Source: an uncultured Aquificaceae bacterium
Lineage (GTDB): Bacteria > Aquificota > Aquificia > Aquificales > Aquificaceae
Direction: 5' to 3'
Length of the DNA stretch: 61,465 bases
Assembly (NCBI GenBank): GCA_938048815.1
Contig: CALIUI010000083.1
Coordinates: forward strand, 1-61,465
Shown here: positions 55,829 to 61,465 of the stretch, in pieces
How the letters are laid out: every line of letters starts with the position of its first letter
How positions within the stretch are numbered: position 1 is the stretch's first letter
Position numbers and translations under genes: made by a program
Notes under the pieces: generated by a model
Told to the model about the DNA's origin: nothing
Database searches by the model: none
The model's input: only the letters and a program-made list of their open reading frames with translations

Positions 55829-56935
55829 ATGCGCAAAGTTTTCATCTTATTGCCTGTTCTTCTTATAAGCCTTTTTGTACTTTTTATCGCCACGAAGGAA
55901 AAGGGAGAGAAATATCAGGTGGTAAAGGAGGAAGAAGTTAAAAGGTTAGCCTACGGTTCTGGATATGTGAAAAATAAGGAGTATGTTATTGTCAAATCGG
56001 AGGTTTCTGGTTATGTAAAGGAAATTTTTGTAAAGGAAGGGGATCCTGTAAAAAGGGGGCAAGTTTTGGCAATTATAGATTCAAGTGTCTTGGATGCCAA
56101 TATAAGGGAGGTATCCGAAAGGTTAAAGCTTATAAGGGATAGGTTAAGGGAAGGCTCCGATTACTTAAAAAGTTTGGAATCTGCCATAGAATCCGCACGC
56201 TTAAACATGGAAAACTCCAAAAAGGTTTTTGAAAGAAGGGAAAGGCTATTTTCTGAGGGTCTTATACCAAAGGAGTCCTACGAGCAAAGTAAAACTCAAT
56301 ACCAGGTAGCCCAAAAGGAATACGAAAGATTAAAAAGTAGCTACCAAGACGCTGTGAGGTCTTTGAAAGCAGAAGAAGAGGTTTTAAGGGCAGAACTCCA
56401 GAGGTTTCAAAAAGAAAAGGATAAGTACATCATAAGAAGCCCCATAGAGGGTAAAATCCTTAAGAAGTTTGTAAGTGTAGGAGATTACATAAACCATATT
56501 AGTCAAGAAAACAGGCTTTTTTCCGTAGGTTCAAAGGAGTTGGAAGTTTGGTTAGAGGTGGATGAGGAGTATGCGAGCAAGATAAGGGAAGGGCAGAGAG
56601 TGATCCTAAGGGTGGATGCCCAGCCAGAAAAGAGCTTCGAAGGAAAGGTTTTCCAAGTAATAAGGGAGATAGACAGAACAAGGAAGTTAATAACGGTAAA
56701 GGTAGAGGCACAGCTTCCAGAGGATATTCCCTCTGGTGCAACTGTGGACGGACAGATAGAGATAGAAAGGAAGAAGGCTTTACTAATACCGGCAAGCGCC
56801 TACAGAGACGGGTATGTACTTCTCTACGATGGGGTAAGAAGGGTTAAGGTGCCTGTAAAGGTGGGTGAAAGGTACGGAGAGTTTTTGGAGGTTTTGGAAG
56901 GCTTAAAGGCTGGGGATAGAGTAATACTGCCATGA
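55829..56935 (+). CDS. Efflux periplasmic adaptor (MacA/HlyD-like)
   Basis: SEVSG, VKEGDPVKRGQVLA, coiled coil, IRSPIEG, GLKAGDRV. Confidence 0.9.
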   Translation: MRKVFILLPVLLISLFVLFIATKEKGEKYQVVKEEEVKRLAYGSGYVKNKEYVIVKSEVSGYVKEIFVKEGDPVKRGQVLAIIDSSVLDANIREVSERLKLIRDRLREGSDYLKSLESAIESARLNMENSKKVFERRERLFSEGLIPKESYEQSKTQYQVAQKEYERLKSSYQDAVRSLKAEEEVLRAELQRFQKEKDKYIIRSPIEGKILKKFVSVGDYINHISQENRLFSVGSKELEVWLEVDEEYASKIREGQRVILRVDAQPEKSFEGKVFQVIREIDRTRKLITVKVEAQLPEDIPSGATVDGQIEIERKKALLIPASAYRDGYVLLYDGVRRVKVPVKVGERYGEFLEVLEGLKAGDRVILP

Positions 56936-58152
56936 ACCATATCCTTTTTGTTGCCTTTAAGATGCTCCTTCAGAGGAAAAGGCAGACCTTGGTGTCTATC
57001 TTGGGAGTTTCTATTGGAGTTTCGGCCTTTATAGTTATGAGTTCCTTGATGCTTGGCTTTCAAAATTATTTTATACAACAGGTCATAGACCTTGAACCCC
57101 ATATAAGGATTAAGCCAAGGGAAGAAAAGCAAAAAGTAGAGGAATACTCAATCCTTTTGGGCGAAAAGCCAAAGGAAAAGGACAGAATATTGGGATGGCA
57201 GGAGATAATACAGGAGGTGGAGAGGAATCCAGAGGTGCTTGGCGTGGCGCAAAGGCTTGTAAGCAGAGGTATAGCCAAGTACGGTATAAAGGATAAGCCC
57301 ATTACCATAATAGGCATAGACCCCCAGAGGGAACCCAAGGCTTCTGTAGTTGAAAGATTTCTAAAATACAAAAGACTTGAAAAACTTGAGACCAACAGAA
57401 CGGGCATCATAATAGGCCTTTTGGTAGCAAAAAGCTTGGGAATAGAGGAAACGGGAAAAAAGCTTATACTTGTGGCTCCCAACGGACAGACTATACTGGC
57501 AACTGTGGAAGACTTTTTTGAATCGGGCATAACCAACATAGACGATACAAGAATCTACATAAACATAAAAACTTTGCAAAGCCTATTGGAAAAACAGGGA
57601 GAGGTTAACGAGATAGTGATAAAGATAAGGGATGTAAACAAGGCGGAAAGGCTTTCCAAGGAGTTTTCTCAAAAAATTCCCTACGAAGTGGAAAGTTGGC
57701 AAAGGGCATATAGGAACTTTTTAAGCATCTTCAAAATCCAAAATACCATAACCTATATGATAGTTTTTGCCATTTTGACCGTTTCTGCCTTTGGCATTTT
57801 TAACATCATTATGATGACTGTGTTGGAAAAGAAAAAGGATATAGCCATACTTATGGCTATGGGCTATACGAGGAGGGATATACTTCTTATATTTTTGGTG
57901 GAAGGCTTCTTTATAGGACTTATGGGAGCCCTTATTGGATCTTTTTTAGGGTTTGGTGTGCAGGAGTACCTTGAGTCGGTAAAGCTTGATGTGGAAGGTC
58001 TTATAAGAACAAAGGGCTTTGTGCTGGATAGAAGCGTAGCCTTTTATTTTTACGCCTTTGGCTTTTCTCTCTTCTTTTCCCTTTTGGCAAGCCTGTATCC
58101 AGCCTACAAGGCAAACAGGCTTAACCCCGTAGATATCTTTAGAAGCCAATAA
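56932..58152 (+). CDS. ABC transporter permease (MacB/FtsX/LolC-like)
   Basis: GVSIGV, KKKDIAILMAMG and YPAYKA..LNPV motifs. Confidence 0.9.
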   Translation: MNHILFVAFKMLLQRKRQTLVSILGVSIGVSAFIVMSSLMLGFQNYFIQQVIDLEPHIRIKPREEKQKVEEYSILLGEKPKEKDRILGWQEIIQEVERNPEVLGVAQRLVSRGIAKYGIKDKPITIIGIDPQREPKASVVERFLKYKRLEKLETNRTGIIIGLLVAKSLGIEETGKKLILVAPNGQTILATVEDFFESGITNIDDTRIYINIKTLQSLLEKQGEVNEIVIKIRDVNKAERLSKEFSQKIPYEVESWQRAYRNFLSIFKIQNTITYMIVFAILTVSAFGIFNIIMMTVLEKKKDIAILMAMGYTRRDILLIFLVEGFFIGLMGALIGSFLGFGVQEYLESVKLDVEGLIRTKGFVLDRSVAFYFYAFGFSLFFSLLASLYPAYKANRLNPVDIFRSQ

Positions 58153-58223
58153 AATAAACTCTTTGGGGCAGCAAGCCCCTACTGGTGGATTGCCCTTACA
58201 GGTTAAAGGATTTTTCAGTTATA

Positions 58224-58304
58224 CGGTATCGCAGGCATCCCTGCCTGCGATAAAAGACAGGCTGAAAGTCTGAACTACCAAACAGATAATCTCCCACTCA
58301 ACGC
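58224..58304. repeat. Family A partial copy
   Basis: TATCGCAGGCA-tccc-TGCCTGCGATA, CAGGCTGAAAGTCTG, end CCCACTCAACGC. Confidence 0.78.
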
Positions 58305-58350
58305 ACAATAGGATTATAATATTCTTATAACCTAAAGGAGGTAATAAAAA

Positions 58351-58557
58351 ATGACCATGGATAGAGCTTTGAGGCTAACATCCGGTGCTGTGCTTTTGCT
58401 TGTTTTTCTGATAGCTATACTGCCCTCTGATATTCAATGGTTCTGGAAGCTCTTTATAGTTTTTATGGCTATAAACCAAATACAGTCTGCCTTTACAGGA
58501 TGGTGTCCTGTGGTAAGTTTTTATAGAAGGCTTGGTATAAGGGAATGCCAGTGTTAA
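58351..58557 (+). CDS. DUF2892 (YgaP-like) membrane protein
   Basis: MDRALRL..G and QSAFTGWCP motifs; SD AAGGAGGT. Confidence 0.85.
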   Translation: MTMDRALRLTSGAVLLLVFLIAILPSDIQWFWKLFIVFMAINQIQSAFTGWCPVVSFYRRLGIRECQC

Positions 58558-58841
58558 TCGGTTTCTAATTCTATCTCGCAGCCCTCTTTTTCTATTACCA
58601 ACTGACAGGTAAGCCTTCTGTTTTCTTCGTATTCTCCTATCCTCCAAAGGGTCTCCTCTTCTTGCTCTGAAGGCTCTGCCAAGCATTCAAGTCCCTTTAC
58701 CACTGTACATACACAAACACCACATTGACCGTCGGTGCAACCAAATTCCACACCAGCTTTCTCTATCTCGTGGTGATAGTCGCCAAACTTTTCACCAACG
58801 GGTATGTCAAGGACCTTTTTGTTTATTTTAACCTTAGCCAT
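58554..58841 (-). CDS. [2Fe-2S] ferredoxin
   Basis: FGCTDGQCGVC...RLTCQ. Confidence 0.92.
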   Translation of the reverse strand: MAKVKINKKVLDIPVGEKFGDYHHEIEKAGVEFGCTDGQCGVCVCTVVKGLECLAEPSEQEEETLWRIGEYEENRRLTCQLVIEKEGCEIELETD

Positions 58842-58866
58842 GGTATATATTTTATTGCAAAGCTTT

Positions 58867-59427
58867 TTAAAAGCTTTGACTTAGCTCAACTATTTTACAA
58901 AAACCACCATGAATTCTACCCACAGGCTTTAGAGTGTTTATTTCCAATCCTTCCGCTCCAGCAAACAGAACTCTGCCAAAAATAAGGTCGTAGTCAAAAA
59001 GTTCCTCGTGTTTTAAAAGTTTGCATTCAAGCCACGCCTTGGTATTAGCTATGCGAGGTACCTTTACCTTATAACAGGGCGCTGGCTTGAGTCCTGTTTT
59101 TTCAAACTCGCTAATCTCTGGTGCAAAAGCTTCCGAAGATATAACCACTTCCCTTAGAAATTCTTCGGAAACAAGGTTTATAACAAACTCACCAGTGCTT
59201 AGTATATTCCTTGAGGTATCTTTCCTTTCTCCATTATCCCTTTTGCTTATGGATATAAATACAACGGGGGGTTCATCGCATACTGCGTTGTAAAAGCTAA
59301 AAGGAGCAAGGTTTAAGACTCCTTCTGGGCTTATGGTGGACACCCATGCTATAGGCCTTGGAATTACAAGGCTTGTTAATACTTCGTAAGGGTCAAAGCC
59401 TTGAGGATTTTCCATATCAAAGAGCAT
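58867..59427 (-). CDS. Flavin reductase family protein
   Basis: PRPIAWVST, NLAPFSF and KDTSRNI..GEFVIN. Confidence 0.9.
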   Translation of the reverse strand: MLFDMENPQGFDPYEVLTSLVIPRPIAWVSTISPEGVLNLAPFSFYNAVCDEPPVVFISISKRDNGERKDTSRNILSTGEFVINLVSEEFLREVVISSEAFAPEISEFEKTGLKPAPCYKVKVPRIANTKAWLECKLLKHEELFDYDLIFGRVLFAGAEGLEINTLKPVGRIHGGFCKIVELSQSF

Positions 59428-59477
59428 TGCTTAACCTCTCCTCCTCATAGAATTAATTATGTACCAAAGCTGTACTG

Positions 59478-59577
59478 ATAGCACTCTCTTCTGTTTGGGG
59501 CTTGTGGAAAGACCCAATATAAGCATGAGCTTCTTGCTTCAGGGGACGTACGAATGGGCTATTTTTTGAAACACTCT
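59478..59577 (+). mobile_element. Family C 3'-end remnant
   Basis: GGGGCTTGTGGAAAGACCC...GAGCTTCTTGCTTCAGGGG...GGGCTATTTTTTGAAACACTCT matches the reverse complement of 12479-12570. Confidence 0.72.
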
Positions 59578-59698
59578 TAGGACAAGCCCTAAACCGTCCT
59601 ATTAATATCTCGCTCAGACCTTTAAACATTTTCTGTGGGATATACGCGGTGTCTTCTTAAATGCTAAAGCTGGCAATTATTGTAAAATAAAATTCCCC

Positions 59699-60247
59699 AT
59701 GAGGCTTTTATCTTTGGATACTTCCTTTTCCTTTATAAACCTTAGCCTCATAGAGGAGGGTAGAGTAGTTTTACATTACTACGAGGATTCGAACAAAAAG
59801 ACCCTTGAGCAGATACCTACCTTATTAACAAGGCTAAACCTAAGGACTGAAGAGATGGATGCTTTTGCCGTGTCTTTGGGTGTGGGTTATTTGACCTCTT
59901 TGAGAATAGGTATAACCTTTATGAAAACTTTGGCGTATATCACCCAAAAGCCCATAATAGGTTATGAAAACCTGTATATAATGTGTCAATTTTTAAAACC
60001 TAAAAGGTGCGCCCTAAGGGTAAGCAGTAATATTTTCCTTAGGGATTGCCAAGAGAACAAAATAGAAGTTTTAAAAGACTTAAAAAACATAGAAGTTGTG
60101 GGACTTAGCTTCCAAGGGTTGGGAGACGTGGAGTTTTTTCCTTTTTCTTTGTATGGTGGCCTGTGGGCTTATAAAAAACTAAAAGAAGGATACAAAGGGG
60201 ATAACCCCCTTACCTTGGAGCCCATATATCTAAAGCCTCCTGTTTGA
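59699..60247 (+). CDS. tsaB: t6A biosynthesis protein TsaB
   Basis: LSLDTS, GVGYLTSLRIG, LEPIYLK. Confidence 0.85.
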   Translation: MRLLSLDTSFSFINLSLIEEGRVVLHYYEDSNKKTLEQIPTLLTRLNLRTEEMDAFAVSLGVGYLTSLRIGITFMKTLAYITQKPIIGYENLYIMCQFLKPKRCALRVSSNIFLRDCQENKIEVLKDLKNIEVVGLSFQGLGDVEFFPFSLYGGLWAYKKLKEGYKGDNPLTLEPIYLKPPV

Positions 60248-60335
60248 AAAATCCCGAGAAGTGATTTTTCGGGCGAACAGTTGTGCCACTACGTACAATT
60301 GGCTGATATATTAATTTTGTTTTTAGTGCGGGGAA

Positions 60336-60692
60336 TTAAAGACCTTTCCGGTCTATCTTGGTTAATATTTCTTCAATCAAGGGCTTTGTTTGGGGTATAT
60401 CTTCTTTAACTGTTATCCATACAACCTTAAGATCAATCTTATGGTATCTGTGTATCAAAAAATCTCTCATCTTAGCTATTTTTGACCAGGGAACATCTTG
60501 ATATTTCTCAGTTAATTCCTTAGGTAACTTTTTGACTGCTTCTCCTATTATCTCAATACACCTAATTACTGCATATGCTACCAACTCATTCTCTACAAAT
60601 TCTTCGTAATCGCAATTTTCAGTAAATTTTTCAATCTTTTTTATATGTTCAAGTATATCTTCAATATATTCAATTTCGGTCCTTTTGGACAT
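60336..60692 (-). CDS. HepT-like HEPN RNase toxin (DUF86)
   Basis: IEIIGEAVK, VPW, RDFLIHRY (RX4HXY). Confidence 0.92.
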   Translation of the reverse strand: MSKRTEIEYIEDILEHIKKIEKFTENCDYEEFVENELVAYAVIRCIEIIGEAVKKLPKELTEKYQDVPWSKIAKMRDFLIHRYHKIDLKVVWITVKEDIPQTKPLIEEILTKIDRKGL

Positions 60693-60742
60693 AGTAAAAT
60701 TATAGCCTCATAACACGTAGGATTAGAAATTATTTATAAAAT

Positions 60743-61210
60743 TCATTTACCAAAAAAAAGAGTTAAGATTTGTTTTGTATAAATTCCCAATTTCTTCGGC
60801 GCGATATATTGCATTTTTCTGGTTCCGCCTTTTTTGATAGATCTAGTTGGTATTTTACTCACTAAACGTGGAAACTCTTTGAACTTATACCTGATGGATT
60901 TTTTGATATCAAAGTTGTTTGGTAAATCTTTTGGCGTCATCTTAACCCATATGGGTATAACCTTTTTGAGTTCGTTTTCTTTCAGTACATCTTTTGTCGT
61001 TAGCTCAACTTGGATCCCTAAGAGCTCTGTAAGAAAGTCCTCTAATTTAAAGAACTTAAAAAACCCAACTGGATGTTCAAAATCAACCATTATCTCAAGA
61101 TATTTACCTTCTTGGAAGTCAAGGATGCCAAGCTCTCTAACACGGAAGTTTTCTTTTATCTCCTTAAGGTGGATAGAAAGGGCTTCTTTTATATCTTCAA
61201 TCCTTTTCAT
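60743..61210 (-). CDS. Degenerate minimal nucleotidyltransferase (MNT) antitoxin with atypical C-terminal extension
   Basis: FRVRELGI, VDFEHPVGFFKFFKLEDFLTELLGIQVEL; lacks the GS...DxD motif. Confidence 0.7.
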   Translation of the reverse strand: MKRIEDIKEALSIHLKEIKENFRVRELGILDFQEGKYLEIMVDFEHPVGFFKFFKLEDFLTELLGIQVELTTKDVLKENELKKVIPIWVKMTPKDLPNNFDIKKSIRYKFKEFPRLVSKIPTRSIKKGGTRKMQYIAPKKLGIYTKQILTLFFGK

Positions 61211-61326
61211 GTTTCTACCTCCATGCTATAGTATATAATATATATTTAGCTTTGGTGAAGATCCATAAAAAGAATTTTAGGAGAATCCTCTGTATTCCTA
61301 TACCAGAAGCCAGTGAGATATTTAAA

Positions 61327-61465
61327 ACCCAAATTGCTAGTTTTCAATCTGTTCAGAGATACTGAAAAAGCCCTCCTTCTCCCTTAAGATAAAAGAGAAG
61401 GAGGTGTCACCATGTCAAACATAAATCACCAGTATATTATAGCACTCTTCTGCATCATAGATGAC
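61327..61465 (+). mobile_element. IS982-family insertion sequence, left end and transposase start (ATG 61412, runs off window)
   Basis: IR ACCCAAATTGCTAGTT resembles the IS982 end; SD AAGGAGGT; MSNINHQYIIALFCIIDD fits the IS982 transposase N-terminal FC.IDD pattern. Confidence 0.8.

Noticed and set aside
798-61238. Numerous antisense/overlapping ORFs in the six-frame track (e.g. 3567-4094, 16808-17314, 38522-39061, 60834-61238)
   Set aside because: They are shadows of well-supported genes with no recognisable motifs.
1-61465. CRISPR array or cas genes
   Set aside because: The repeats are dispersed in intergenic gaps, not regularly spaced direct repeats with spacers; no cas ORF is seen.

Overview
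A 61.5-kb stretch of chromosome from a thermophilic bacterium, most likely Aquificota (Hydrogenobacter/Thermocrinis-like, judged from gene content: PspA-type phosphoserine phosphatase, type II DHQ synthase, tRNA gene without encoded CCA). It is mostly densely packed housekeeping genes (nadK, gmhA, glgP, radA, cstA, aroE, iscU, folC, engB, lipA, ileS, iscS, mrp, tpiA, gcvT, murE, tsaB) plus tRNA-Pro(CGG), a CydA/CydA'-like pair with a fused cytochrome c, and several pseudogenes. The most unusual feature is intergenic. Nearly every gap holds one of three families of small inverted-repeat elements, often nested. Family C has AGG(G/C)TGTTTCAAAAA ends and an interior made of the 5' and 3' ends of a TnpB-related nuclease gene, implying a TIR-bounded TnpB element rather than IS200/IS605 or IS607. 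Family A is a 150-bp ACGYTGGGTGAGAAAT-ended MITE carrying three GTAG-type REP hairpins. Family B is a 150-bp GGYDTTGGTGMRTAAAT-ended MITE. An IS982-like element starts at the right edge. No intact TnpB, transposase or CRISPR array is in the window. All calls come from reading the sequence and motif recall; no database searches were run.
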